A DNA stretch of 42,994 nucleotides from a bacterium (GCA_027487145.1 JAIYEC010000069.1:1-42994); one strand, 5' to 3'. Numbered from the stretch's first letter, positions 6,669 through 16,313 are shown. The notes: a model not told the origin generated them from the sequence alone. Numbers and translations are program-made.

Positions 6669-9600
6669 ATGAAATACGTTCTCGGTTTACAGAAGTGGCA
6701 TAACATACTCATTTTGATGATTGTGAGCGTATTCATCTTTAATCAAGGTGAATTATTTCAGTTACGAAACTTCAGTAAATCAATTGCGCCACTACCAAAA
6801 ACTGCCGAGGCCACGTATCAGTTTGCTCCAACCGGTGGGGTAATCGTCACTGGTACAAATCCACCTATATTGGGAGCAACCGCCCCAAATGCTGAAGGGG
6901 TGAATATGGGAGATTGGCGCGGAGCAGCAGCAGACGACAATCTCCACTTTGGTATTACCTCAACTACGGGTGGGTACAATGCCTATCTTGATATGGCTGG
7001 GTTTGAACTTAACAATGCCAACGCAATTATTATTCAAACCGAATTTGACTTAGACGTTACTGCGCCAAACACGCTTATTCAAATCTGTGACTGGGTCTCT
7101 AATGTCGGGGTCCATAATGCAGCTGATGCACAGTGTTCAAACGGCGGGTGGCGAAATTTAAATCTTAATGATGTTGTGCTGGCGCCAACAACCGCTACAA
7201 CATATTCTTGGCAAATTTATAATGGCTATTGGGATACCAGCGCAACAGCACCTATTGATACTCCTCTCACAAACTTCTTAAACGGCGGATCAGTTCGAAT
7301 TCGGTTTTTTTCGACCACAAACACAACCTCAATCGTTAATATCGACTTCCTTCGAGCGTTTGCGGTAGTGAATCCAGTTTACTATGCCTCAGGAGTGACT
7401 CAGCTTTCGGGAGGAACCCCAACGGGAAACTACACACTTGCTACAGTTGGCGGTGTGACTCAGACAGGGTCTGATGATGTACGTTTTGCCGTACCAGGTA
7501 CTGCCGGGTCTATCTCGGACTTCTACTTCTCATTTGATGACGTTCGCACGTACACTGGGGCAAATACTATTTTAGTGCGGGCGGAATACTCATGTAGTGC
7601 GGTTGGTATTAATCATCGACCAAAAATTTATAACTTCACCACGGCTTCATGGGAAGATCTCACAACTGCGTCAATTATATGTGCGGGGGTTGATGCCACC
7701 AACGCCTGGGCAAAAAATAATGTGACAATTGGGGATTACGTACAAAACGGTGAAATTAGAGTGGGGTGGTACGGTCTTGCTAATGGTACGCAAGCAATCC
7801 AGCTTGATTTTATATACGTCATGATTGGGACGACCAATACTGATGCTGGAGCTGGTGCTGCAGAAATTAGTTTCGGTTCGGTCTCAGCGGGAACTGTCAC
7901 AAACACCCGTACGCTTGATATGACTGGTACCGCTAGTACTTGGAATATTCTCTCGGCTGATGAGTCTAACACACAAGCATTTGCCAGTTATGCTAACGAT
8001 ACTGACAACGACACTGTGGTTGAGGAAGCGAGTGCTGCCAATATTGATTTTTCAGTTACCGTTCCTGATAATGTTGCACCAACCGGTGTATTTTTTGCCA
8101 GTCGACATATGGCTGGTACTGCTGGTAACGTCCAGGTTGGGATTTACGACTACGGTGGGCTTACTGGAACCCAAGGGGGATGGTCTGCCGTTGGGGCTGT
8201 TGGAGCGACAACCCTCACATACACAGATAACATTGTCGCTAATACGGTGGCTTCAGGAGGTGCTGCGGGCTGGAATACTAACCCTGAAGACCACGTTGAT
8301 ACCAGAAACAACCTCATGAACCTACGGCTCCGCACTTCCTCGGCTGGAGCAACTACTAACAACTCTATTGCTCAGTGGGACTTTGCCATGGTGAGCCTCC
8401 AGTGGGTTGAAGATGGTAACTATCCCGCCAAAACCTATCAATATGCGCCTACCGGTGGCGCAATCGTGACCGGTTCAAACCCAGCCATTTTGGGTGCAAC
8501 AAATCCGGCGACTGAAGGGGTTAATATGGGTGACTGGCGCGGTGCAATTGCACCGGACAACCTTCACTTCGGCATCACGTCAACCGTCAGTGGCTATAAT
8601 GCCTATCTTGATTTGGCCGGGGTAGCTCTTAATGGAGCGAATCAGTTTATTATCCAAACTACCTTTGACGTTGACCCTACGACCCCAAACACACTCGTCC
8701 AAATCTGTGACTGGGTCTCCAGCACAGGAGTGAATAACGCAGCCGACGCACAGTGTACCACCGGCGGTTGGCGGAATCTGAATCTCAATGACGCGGCGGC
8801 TGTCCCGGCAACCCCAACTGCATATTCATGGCACATTTATAATGGCTACTGGAACACCAGCGCAACTGCGCCGATAAATACACCACTGACTAATTTTGTG
8901 AATAATGGATTAGTTCGGATTAGATACTTTTCTACGACTAATACCACTTCAGTAGTGAATATCGACCACTTGCGCCTCTTTGCGGTTGTGAATCCGGTGT
9001 ACGGTCCATCAAGTGCAACGCAGATTAGCGGGGGAGCAATAGTGGGTGATTATTCTCAAGCCAATTTTGGTGGGGCTGGTCAAACAGGGTCTGATGATGC
9101 CCGTTTTAGTGTTCCAGGTACAGCGGGTGCGATATCAGATTTCTACTTCTCATTTGATGAGGTAAAGACGTATACCGGGGCAAATACCATTTTAGTGCGG
9201 GCAGAATACTCGTGCAGCGCCGTCGGTATCAACCACACTCCTAAAATATTTAATTTCACATCAGGCTTATGGGAAAACCTAGCTGCAGCTTCAATCGCTT
9301 GCTCAGCCACCGATGTTACCAATGCGTGGGCTAAGAACAACATCACTATGTCTGACTATGTCTCAAATGGTGAGATTCGAGTAGGGTGGTTTGGTTCGGC
9401 CAATAACGTTCTTCAGCTACGGATTGATACGATTTATATCATGATTGGTACCACCAATACTGACGGCACAGGAAATATTACCTTTGGTTCAAACTCGGCA
9501 GGAACAGTTGCTAATACCCGTACGCTTGATATGACCGGTACAGCGAGCACGTGGAATATTCTCTCGGCTGATGAGTCCAACACACAGGCTTTCGCATTTT

Positions 9601-10526
9601 GGGGAAATGATAACGACAATGATGCGACAGTAGAAGAAGCCAGTTCAGCCAATATGGATTTTTCAGTTACTGTCCCACAAAATACGTTTCCGACCGGAGT
9701 ATTTTTTGCTTCGCGACATATGTCAGGTATTGGAGGGACAGTTACACCAGCGGTGAGAGATTATGGAGGGCTTATCGGTACGGTTGGAGGCTGGTCTGCT
9801 GTAGGTGTTGGTGGAACAACCGCGCTGACATACTCTGACAATATTACTGCTAATACCATCAACTCAGGTGGCTCAGCTGGCTGGAATACCAACCCAGAGG
9901 ATCATTTTGATACTGTAAATAATGAGATGAATATGAAATTACGCACCAGCATTTCATCAACACCAACAACTAATAACGCTATTGCACAATGGGATTTTGC
10001 GATGGTGAGCTTCCAGTGGATTGAGGTTCCCAAAGTTCAAAAGCTAACCTTTTCAATTTCAGATAATACCATCGGGTTTGGACCAGTTGGTTCAGCTGCG
10101 GCGAGGTACGCCACAGGAGATACACTAGGTAGTGCAACTGATGCCGCAAACGCGCATACTATTAGTGCGTCCACAAACGCTGATAGTGGGTACACCATCA
10201 CCCTTAATGGGGCGACTTTAACCTGTGCAGCGTGTGCTGGGGCTACCATTTCGGAGATTGGCGGAACCGCCGTCGCTTCAAGCGTGGGGACTGAACAATT
10301 TGGTCTTAGAGGGATAGTCGTGAGTGGGAACGGAACTATCAGTTCTCCGTATAACGGTGCAAACTGGGCGCTTGATACAGCCGCTTTCCCGGACACGTTT
10401 GCTATTGGTGCAGGGGATGCTGTAACGACTGTCTTTGGGATACATTATCTAGCAAATACGAGCGCCAGCACTGAATCAGGTCAGTACAGTGCAAATCTGA
10501 CATACATCATTACGGCATCGTATTAG
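6669..10526 (+). CDS. giant secreted surface protein: 2 x 539-aa tandem repeat plus WxL/SCPU-like C-terminal domain
   Basis: The ATG at 6669 is 2 nt after the upstream stop; the track start 6651 is GTG inside the upstream gene. N-terminal hydrophobic segment ILILMIVSVFIF. Repeats at 6810-8426 and 8427-~10031. The C-terminal domain (10044-10523) is homologous to the C-terminus of the next gene. Confidence 0.85.
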   Translation: MKYVLGLQKWHNILILMIVSVFIFNQGELFQLRNFSKSIAPLPKTAEATYQFAPTGGVIVTGTNPPILGATAPNAEGVNMGDWRGAAADDNLHFGITSTTGGYNAYLDMAGFELNNANAIIIQTEFDLDVTAPNTLIQICDWVSNVGVHNAADAQCSNGGWRNLNLNDVVLAPTTATTYSWQIYNGYWDTSATAPIDTPLTNFLNGGSVRIRFFSTTNTTSIVNIDFLRAFAVVNPVYYASGVTQLSGGTPTGNYTLATVGGVTQTGSDDVRFAVPGTAGSISDFYFSFDDVRTYTGANTILVRAEYSCSAVGINHRPKIYNFTTASWEDLTTASIICAGVDATNAWAKNNVTIGDYVQNGEIRVGWYGLANGTQAIQLDFIYVMIGTTNTDAGAGAAEISFGSVSAGTVTNTRTLDMTGTASTWNILSADESNTQAFASYANDTDNDTVVEEASAANIDFSVTVPDNVAPTGVFFASRHMAGTAGNVQVGIYDYGGLTGTQGGWSAVGAVGATTLTYTDNIVANTVASGGAAGWNTNPEDHVDTRNNLMNLRLRTSSAGATTNNSIAQWDFAMVSLQWVEDGNYPAKTYQYAPTGGAIVTGSNPAILGATNPATEGVNMGDWRGAIAPDNLHFGITSTVSGYNAYLDLAGVALNGANQFIIQTTFDVDPTTPNTLVQICDWVSSTGVNNAADAQCTTGGWRNLNLNDAAAVPATPTAYSWHIYNGYWNTSATAPINTPLTNFVNNGLVRIRYFSTTNTTSVVNIDHLRLFAVVNPVYGPSSATQISGGAIVGDYSQANFGGAGQTGSDDARFSVPGTAGAISDFYFSFDEVKTYTGANTILVRAEYSCSAVGINHTPKIFNFTSGLWENLAAASIACSATDVTNAWAKNNITMSDYVSNGEIRVGWFGSANNVLQLRIDTIYIMIGTTNTDGTGNITFGSNSAGTVANTRTLDMTGTASTWNILSADESNTQAFAFWGNDNDNDATVEEASSANMDFSVTVPQNTFPTGVFFASRHMSGIGGTVTPAVRDYGGLIGTVGGWSAVGVGGTTALTYSDNITANTINSGGSAGWNTNPEDHFDTVNNEMNMKLRTSISSTPTTNNAIAQWDFAMVSFQWIEVPKVQKLTFSISDNTIGFGPVGSAAARYATGDTLGSATDAANAHTISASTNADSGYTITLNGATLTCAACAGATISEIGGTAVASSVGTEQFGLRGIVVSGNGTISSPYNGANWALDTAAFPDTFAIGAGDAVTTVFGIHYLANTSASTESGQYSANLTYIITASY
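6810..10031 (+). repeat. in-frame tandem duplication, period 1617 nt (539 aa)
   Basis: ATYQFAPTGGVIVTGTNPPILGAT... (from 6810) realigns with KTYQYAPTGGAIVTGSNPAILGAT... (from 8427) over the entire unit. Long identical peptides are shared, e.g. YTGANTILVRAEYSCSAVGINH and TRTLDMTGTASTWNILSADESNTQAFA. Confidence 0.9.
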
Positions 10527-10644
10527 AGAGTAATGTAATAGTTTTCCCCATGTTCTCCACAGAGTTGTACATAAAAATAAGTGTTAACGAGATAGAATAT
10601 ACGTATCTCCGTGAGAGATGCTATTAGCCATATTTATTTGTACA

Positions 10645-11748
10645 ATGTTAACCAAAACCTTATATAAAAAAAGCACAGCGCTACTTGTTGCTTTCGCTTT
10701 AACGCTTGGATCGCTCTTATCATTCAATGCTGCCAATGCTGCACCACTTATAAACGTCTCAGATACTCTCAGTACGGTAAACACGAGTACTGCAGCTGAC
10801 CATACAATCGTATTCCGTACTCCAACGGGAGCGGCTGATACATCTGATACCATCACTATTACATTCCCAGCTGGGTTTACTATGAACTCAATTGCGTTTG
10901 ATGACGTCGACCTTGAATGGTCAGCCGGTGGTCAGTCTAACTGTACCGCTCCGTCATATTCAAACAGTGCTACTATCGCTGCATCACCAGCTTCAGGCAC
11001 CTGGGGAGCTGCGTTAGCAGGACAAGTACTTACACTTACTGCCCCGTCTGCTGCGTTTGCAACTACTATCGCAGCTAACGCTTGTGTACGTATTGAACTT
11101 GGATTTAATGCCACTACTGGTTCAACCGGAAATACTCGTATTACTAACCCAGCAACTGCTAACAGTTATGCAATTGATGTTGCTGGTCTCTTTAGTGACA
11201 CAGGAAGCGCGCTCGTAAATATCATTCCTGATGACTCAGTTGATATTGCTGCAACTGTAGCTCAATCTCTCACATTTTCTATCTCAGACACTGCTATTGG
11301 TTTTGGTAACCTCAACTCAGCGGCAGCCCGCTTTGCGACTGGAGACGCTACAGGATCGGGTACTGAAGTTGGTGCGCACGACTTAGTAGTAGGTACTAAC
11401 GCATCAAACGGATATACATTGACAGCCACTGGAACAACACTTACTTGTAGTGGTTGTGGAGGGGCAACAGTCACAGGAATCGGTGCGACTGCTGCAGCGT
11501 CAAGTGTTGGTACTGAGCAGTTTGGTATGCGCTTTACCGCTACTGGTGGAACCGGTACGGTTTCCGCACCATATAACGGAGCTAACTTTGCTTTTGACTC
11601 AGCAGCATTTCCAGATCAAATTGCATCAGCGGCTGGTTCAAGTGCTAACACCACCTACTCAGCTCGATATCTTGCAAACATTGCAGCTAACACTGAGGCA
11701 GGTGCCTATTCGGCCACTCTCACGTACGTAGCCACAGCCAATTTCTAA
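10645..11748 (+). CDS. secreted surface-layer/fibre subunit candidate with WxL/SCPU-like C-terminal domain
   Basis: Textbook signal peptide MLTKTLYKKSTALLVAFALTLGSLLSFNAANA/AP starting at the ATG at 10645 (the track start 10618 is the alternative). The C-terminal ~160 aa (11269-11745) parallels the C-terminus of the giant protein: LTFSISD..IGFG...GTEQFG...PYNGAN.A.D.AAFPD...G.YSA.LTY..TA.(Y/F)-COOH. Confidence 0.75.
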   Translation: MLTKTLYKKSTALLVAFALTLGSLLSFNAANAAPLINVSDTLSTVNTSTAADHTIVFRTPTGAADTSDTITITFPAGFTMNSIAFDDVDLEWSAGGQSNCTAPSYSNSATIAASPASGTWGAALAGQVLTLTAPSAAFATTIAANACVRIELGFNATTGSTGNTRITNPATANSYAIDVAGLFSDTGSALVNIIPDDSVDIAATVAQSLTFSISDTAIGFGNLNSAAARFATGDATGSGTEVGAHDLVVGTNASNGYTLTATGTTLTCSGCGGATVTGIGATAAASSVGTEQFGMRFTATGGTGTVSAPYNGANFAFDSAAFPDQIASAAGSSANTTYSARYLANIAANTEAGAYSATLTYVATANF

Positions 11749-11777
11749 TTTTAGAATCCGTGCTATTATAGTCTCAT

Positions 11778-12731
11778 ATGAGCCGACACATTCTGGTAAA
11801 AAGTCTCCTAATCGTACTATTCTTTTTACCAATCAGTGCGTCGGCTCTTACTATTTCACCGACAAAAATTGAAGTAGCTGGTGATCCCGGGCAAGAGTTA
11901 ATTGGTGAAATCGAAGTGTTCAACGAAGAGTCAGAAGACAAGACCTTTTACAGTTCGTTTGAAAACTTCGAACCACGAGGGGAGACTGGTTCACCATACT
12001 TTGTTGGTGGCGGGTCTGGTCTTGCTTCATGGATGAGAACTCAAGAATCGTTTACCTTAAAACCTGGAGAAAAGTTCACTATTCCATACTCAATCAAGAT
12101 CCCAGAATCCGCCACCGCAGGGGGCTACTTTGCAGCGATATTCTTTGGTACGCAACCACCAGCAACCGGTGAGGGTAGTGAGGTTGCTATCGGTGGAAAA
12201 GTTGGCACACTCGTGTTATTAAGAGTCAATGGAGATATTGCTGAAAGCGGTGGCGTGCTTGATTTCATGACCGCATCTAGCAGTCGCTTTTACACCGGGT
12301 TACCAGTGAACTTTTCATATCGTTTTAATAACACTGGGGCTGACCGAGTGGTTCCTAAGGGTGAAGTTACCATCAAGAATATGCTTGGTATGAACTCAGG
12401 AGCTTTACTTATTAACAAAAATGAAGGGAGTGTACTTCCAAACAGTGTTCGAAAATTTGAGCTCGTGTGGGCAGAGGATAAACCAGTAGCCGAAGACGCG
12501 TCATTTTTTGCTATTGCCGGGTACCAATTAACGAATTTTAGATTTGGATTATATCGGGCAGTGCTCGAGGCATCATGGGGAGAAACAACACAACGAGCAA
12601 CAGCTTCAACATGGTTTGTAGTAGTGCCGTGGCAACTACTGAGTATCTTACTCGTGCTTGGATTGGTTATGCGATTTGGCTTAGGTTTTTACAATCGGGC
12701 GATTATTGCTCGAGCAGCAAAATCTAAATAA
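11778..12731 (+). CDS. DUF916/CscA-like cell-surface protein with C-terminal membrane anchor
   Basis: Signal peptide. LTISPTKIEVAGDPGQ...IEVFNE, ASW...FTLKPGEK..IPYSIKIPESATAGGYFAAIFF, and a second beta-rich domain. C-terminal TM WQLLSILLVLGLVMRFGLGF plus a basic tail. This layout matches DUF916/DUF3324 proteins of Firmicute WxL clusters. Confidence 0.55.
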   Translation: MSRHILVKSLLIVLFFLPISASALTISPTKIEVAGDPGQELIGEIEVFNEESEDKTFYSSFENFEPRGETGSPYFVGGGSGLASWMRTQESFTLKPGEKFTIPYSIKIPESATAGGYFAAIFFGTQPPATGEGSEVAIGGKVGTLVLLRVNGDIAESGGVLDFMTASSSRFYTGLPVNFSYRFNNTGADRVVPKGEVTIKNMLGMNSGALLINKNEGSVLPNSVRKFELVWAEDKPVAEDASFFAIAGYQLTNFRFGLYRAVLEASWGETTQRATASTWFVVVPWQLLSILLVLGLVMRFGLGFYNRAIIARAAKSK

Positions 12732-13744
12732 TGCCCTTATTTAAAATCACACTACTTTTTGGATGTCTGGTACTAGGGAGCAATATAGCTCTCGCTACGT
12801 CTTATACTGTAGACATCGTGGCCCGTGTACCGGGCTGTGGAGACGCCATACTTCAAGTAGGGGAAGAATGTGATGGGACTAATCTTGGTGGTGCCAGCTG
12901 TGAGACGATAGGATTTGATGCTGGAGCGCTTAGTTGTTCGAGTGCTTGTACATTTTTAACCAATAGTTGCGTATTAGCTCCGCCTAGTTCAGGTGGTGGA
13001 ACAAGAGTGGTGAAAGAATCAGAAAATAGTCCTCTCCCAGAGACTAATGTTGTTGTGTCTGGACTAGCTCCACCGGGTATGAACGTCTCACTTCTTAAAG
13101 ACGGAAAAAGAGTTGCTACTGTACCGGCAAAAGATGATGGTACGTTTCAAATTACCATCTCAGGTCTTTCTGGCGGCGTCTATCGAATGCAGGTGGTTGG
13201 GACTTTGGTTGGTCTTGGTGTGTCACGGAGTGATGTGTTTCCGGTACAGGTTTTAAAAGATGCTACTACAAAAATATCTGAAGTAGTATTACCCCCCAGT
13301 CTTGTGGTGGAAAAGCAAGACACTAACTACAGTATTCTTGGGGTGACATACCCAGAATCAACCGTATCTTTGTACGTAAAAAGTTCTTTCATACGTAGCG
13401 TGGTTGCAGATCAGCTGGGGGTGTATCGTTTTCTAATTCCAATAACGACTGGTAATTCTGGAGCCGATGTCTACGTTGTAGCCATGATACCGTCAGTATC
13501 GACAACCTATAAAAGTATTACCGCAATACTACCAGCATTAAACGAAGCCACTAAACCACAGTCAGATGGTGGTTGTATTCTTCTCGGAGATATAAATGCT
13601 GACTGTCGCGTAGACGCTGTCGATTTCTTTGTTAGTCGTTGGCAATTTGTGAGAGACCTTTTTAGTACAAGATTTGATTTTAATGATGATGGATTTGTTG
13701 ATTTGGTAGATTTCAGTATCATTGCATTTAATTGGACTGGATAA
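12731..13744 (+). CDS. secreted protein: Cys-rich repeat, two Ig-like modules, C-terminal dockerin-like domain
   Basis: The start overlaps the upstream stop (TAATG). CGDAILQVGEECDGTNLGG.SC resembles the CGDG..GEECDDGN Cys-rich repeat. The C-terminus has two EF-hand-type dockerin loops, DINADCRVDAVD and DFNDDGFVDLVD, with D/N at loop positions 1, 3, 5, 9 and 12. Confidence 0.65.
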   Translation: MPLFKITLLFGCLVLGSNIALATSYTVDIVARVPGCGDAILQVGEECDGTNLGGASCETIGFDAGALSCSSACTFLTNSCVLAPPSSGGGTRVVKESENSPLPETNVVVSGLAPPGMNVSLLKDGKRVATVPAKDDGTFQITISGLSGGVYRMQVVGTLVGLGVSRSDVFPVQVLKDATTKISEVVLPPSLVVEKQDTNYSILGVTYPESTVSLYVKSSFIRSVVADQLGVYRFLIPITTGNSGADVYVVAMIPSVSTTYKSITAILPALNEATKPQSDGGCILLGDINADCRVDAVDFFVSRWQFVRDLFSTRFDFNDDGFVDLVDFSIIAFNWTG

Positions 13745-13745
13745 T

Positions 13746-14645
13746 ATGAAATACGTACCCATTTGTCTTTTCATACTCAGTCTCATGGTGCCAAGTTTCT
13801 TACTAGCAGCAGAGATTCGCCTTGTGCCAACTGAGATTCCAGTCAGCGTACAGCAGACTGTTGGTGTGGCTGTGAAGTTAGACCTGGCTTCTGTAGCAGC
13901 TAACGCATTTGAATTAAAAGTAGAGTTTGATGACTCAAAGCTCATATACCAATATGCGACAGACGCTACTGCTGTAACCTCATTCTGGATTCAGTATCCG
14001 TACCTCTGTGAACCTGGCGTACTCTGTTTCTCGGGGTTGATTCCAGGTGGCTTTTCTGGTCTTGATCAAGAGTTAGTCATTCTCTACTTTACCCCAAAAG
14101 AATCGGGAGCAACTGCTCTTTTAACGAAAGATATGCGAGTGCTAGCGCATGATGGTAAAGGGACAGAAATTCCAGTTACCACTACTCCGCAAGAAATAGC
14201 TATACAAGAATCTGCTTCTATCCCAGAAGTGCAACAGCCTATTTCTGATAGTGAACCACCTGAACCATTTGTGCCATACATAGCTACTGACGAAGCCGTG
14301 GAAAACGGATCACAGGTACTCATCTTTGATACCAAAGATAAACAAAGCGGGGTAGCGTCATATTTTGTGAAAGAGTACTCATTGCCAGTGTTGCGATGGT
14401 TTACCCCATGGACGGCAGTAGAGAGTCCGTATGTTCTTGCCGACCAATCACGCAAAAGTACTATTGCAGTGAAAGCGGTTGACGTGTACGGAAATGAACG
14501 AATCGCCTATATCTATGCTGAAGAAGGATACATCTACCAAAATATTTTAGTCTCAGTATCTGTCACAGTCGTACTGCTAGTGCTTGGTTGGTACTTCAAA
14601 AGAAGGCGTCGACGGTATTCAGTTACTCAACTTGGAAGCGCGTAA
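13746..14645 (+). CDS. membrane-anchored protein with N-terminal cohesin-like domain
   Basis: The ATG at 13746 is 1 nt after the upstream stop. Signal peptide MKYVPICLFILSLMVPSFLLAAE. IRLVPTEIPVSVQQTVGVAVKLD...AFELKVEFDDSKL...LVILYFTPKESG fits the cohesin beta-sandwich pattern. C-terminal TM ILVSVSVTVVLLVLGWYF followed by KRRRRRY. Confidence 0.5.
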   Translation: MKYVPICLFILSLMVPSFLLAAEIRLVPTEIPVSVQQTVGVAVKLDLASVAANAFELKVEFDDSKLIYQYATDATAVTSFWIQYPYLCEPGVLCFSGLIPGGFSGLDQELVILYFTPKESGATALLTKDMRVLAHDGKGTEIPVTTTPQEIAIQESASIPEVQQPISDSEPPEPFVPYIATDEAVENGSQVLIFDTKDKQSGVASYFVKEYSLPVLRWFTPWTAVESPYVLADQSRKSTIAVKAVDVYGNERIAYIYAEEGYIYQNILVSVSVTVVLLVLGWYFKRRRRRYSVTQLGSA

Positions 14646-15901
14646 ATACTCTTGTGCTTAGTCTTTTTTGAGATAAGGACGGTAACAAAACAAACAAAGA
14701 GTAGGGCAGGTAACAGGGTATACCCACTAGTAATCTCAAACACAATAATGGCAGCTGTAAGTGGTGCCTGCGCGGCGGCAGCAAATACGGCAGCCATTCC
14801 AAGAATAATAATTGGTGTTCCTGATACGGTAAGACCCAGTATCGCAACGAGTTTGATGATAACAGTTCCTACCAACGCCCCAACCAAAAGTAGTGGTGCA
14901 AACACACCACCTGAACCACCAGAACCAAGGGTAATACCGGTGGCAATTATTTTAATACTGAGAATAAGCATAACGACTGTAAGTGAGAGATCAGTAATTG
15001 ATATAGTATCCACCATCAACGGGTAGGTAGCAGGTTCATGGATGTATGGCACGAGTAGTCCGATTACTCCAACGAGAAAACCACCGACAGCTGGCTTAAA
15101 AACGTGAGGCAGCGGTGCTTTTGCCCCCAGCAATTTACTAACTGAAAGAGATTTTGAGAACAGGATGGCGGCGATGGCAGCAACAAAAGCGACAATACCT
15201 ACAATAACGACAGACTCGACACTGTATAAGAAACGTGTGTCAGCTGAAAACCGTAAACCACTGTTATCAAAGAGGACAATTGATAAGAAATGGCTAACAA
15301 AAGCGGCAACAGCGACAATTAGAACGGTCTTAATACGTAGTTTGTGGCGGAGGATTTCTATGGTAAATAAAATACCCGCCAGAGGCGCGCCGAAGGTTCC
15401 GGCAATACCAGCGGCTGCTCCGGCTGCTAACAACAGCATGCGGTCCATTGGTTGGACTTTGAAAAATTGAGCAACGCTAGAACCAATCGTAGAACCAATC
15501 TGGATTACCGGACCTTCTCGTCCAGCCGAACCACCAGAACCAAGGGTGATAGCAGCGGTGATAATTTTTACGGGTGCGACAATTGGGCGAATGGTTCCTT
15601 TGCGGTGGGCTAGTGCCTCCATTACTTCAGGCACGCCCTCTCCTTCAGCTTCGCTTACCTTAGCCCATGTAAATATCAAGCCGACCAAGAGGCCACCGAC
15701 GGTAGGGATAAGTACGCGTTGCCACCACGGAATCGCTGTCAGTGTTTCTAAAAATGTAAGAGACCCATCATAACCGTAGAACAGTGAGGTAGAGGTATGA
15801 ATAAGCACATGGAATAGTTCGGCTCCGATTGCACCACCAAGACCAATAACCACCGCTAAGAGTAATAAACCAAATACGGTACCTTTTTGAAACCAATGCA
15901 T
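14627..15901 (-). CDS. ClC-family chloride channel / H+-Cl- antiporter
   Basis: CLC selectivity motifs GEGVPE, GREGP (GSGGSAGREGPVIQIG) and GGVFAP. Start placed at the ATG at 15901 (MHWFQKG...), which has TACAAT 8 nt upstream; the track start 16009 is GTG and overlaps the divergent gene. The 3' end overlaps the convergent surface-operon gene by 19 nt. Confidence 0.85.
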   Translation of the reverse strand: MHWFQKGTVFGLLLLAVVIGLGGAIGAELFHVLIHTSTSLFYGYDGSLTFLETLTAIPWWQRVLIPTVGGLLVGLIFTWAKVSEAEGEGVPEVMEALAHRKGTIRPIVAPVKIITAAITLGSGGSAGREGPVIQIGSTIGSSVAQFFKVQPMDRMLLLAAGAAAGIAGTFGAPLAGILFTIEILRHKLRIKTVLIVAVAAFVSHFLSIVLFDNSGLRFSADTRFLYSVESVVIVGIVAFVAAIAAILFSKSLSVSKLLGAKAPLPHVFKPAVGGFLVGVIGLLVPYIHEPATYPLMVDTISITDLSLTVVMLILSIKIIATGITLGSGGSGGVFAPLLLVGALVGTVIIKLVAILGLTVSGTPIIILGMAAVFAAAAQAPLTAAIIVFEITSGYTLLPALLFVCFVTVLISKKTKHKSIYALPS

Positions 15902-16001
15902 ATAGGAGTATTGTAGCCTTAAAAAGCCATAATTACCTCTGAAATAAACAATATCTGAATTCGTAGTATACTGTAGGTACCTTATCCATAATTGTTTACC
16001 T

Positions 16002-16313
16002 ATGTTCACCTTGTACTACAAACCAACTTGTCCATTTTGTCAGCGAGTACTGCAGATGGCGGAAAATTTTAATATTGAATTAGATTTACGAGATATTTCA
16101 GAGAGCGAAGTATTCTTGGCTGAATTACTCGAAAAAGGCGGAGACAAACAAGTTCCATTTTTGATTGATACAGAAAAAGGCGTATCGATGTATGAGTCAA
16201 GTGACATCATTGACTATTTCCGTGAAGCAGCAAAAACAACGACTGCTGCTCCAGCCGCAGTAAAGCCGCGGGTACATATCGGTGGATCGACCTGTGTTTC
16301 GTGCGAGGGATAG
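16002..16313 (+). CDS. glutaredoxin-like protein
   Basis: YYKPTCPFCQRV (CPFC active site) and thioredoxin-fold layout. C-terminal Ala/Thr-rich extension ending in CVSCEG. Confidence 0.75.
   Translation: MFTLYYKPTCPFCQRVLQMAENFNIELDLRDISESEVFLAELLEKGGDKQVPFLIDTEKGVSMYESSDIIDYFREAAKTTTAAPAAVKPRVHIGGSTCVSCEG

Noticed and set aside
6810-10031. Diversity-generating retroelement (template/variable repeat) explanation for the tandem repeat
   Set aside because: No reverse transcriptase or accessory gene occurs in the window. Both copies are in frame within the same ORF, and their differences are of all substitution types spread over the entire 1.6-kb unit.
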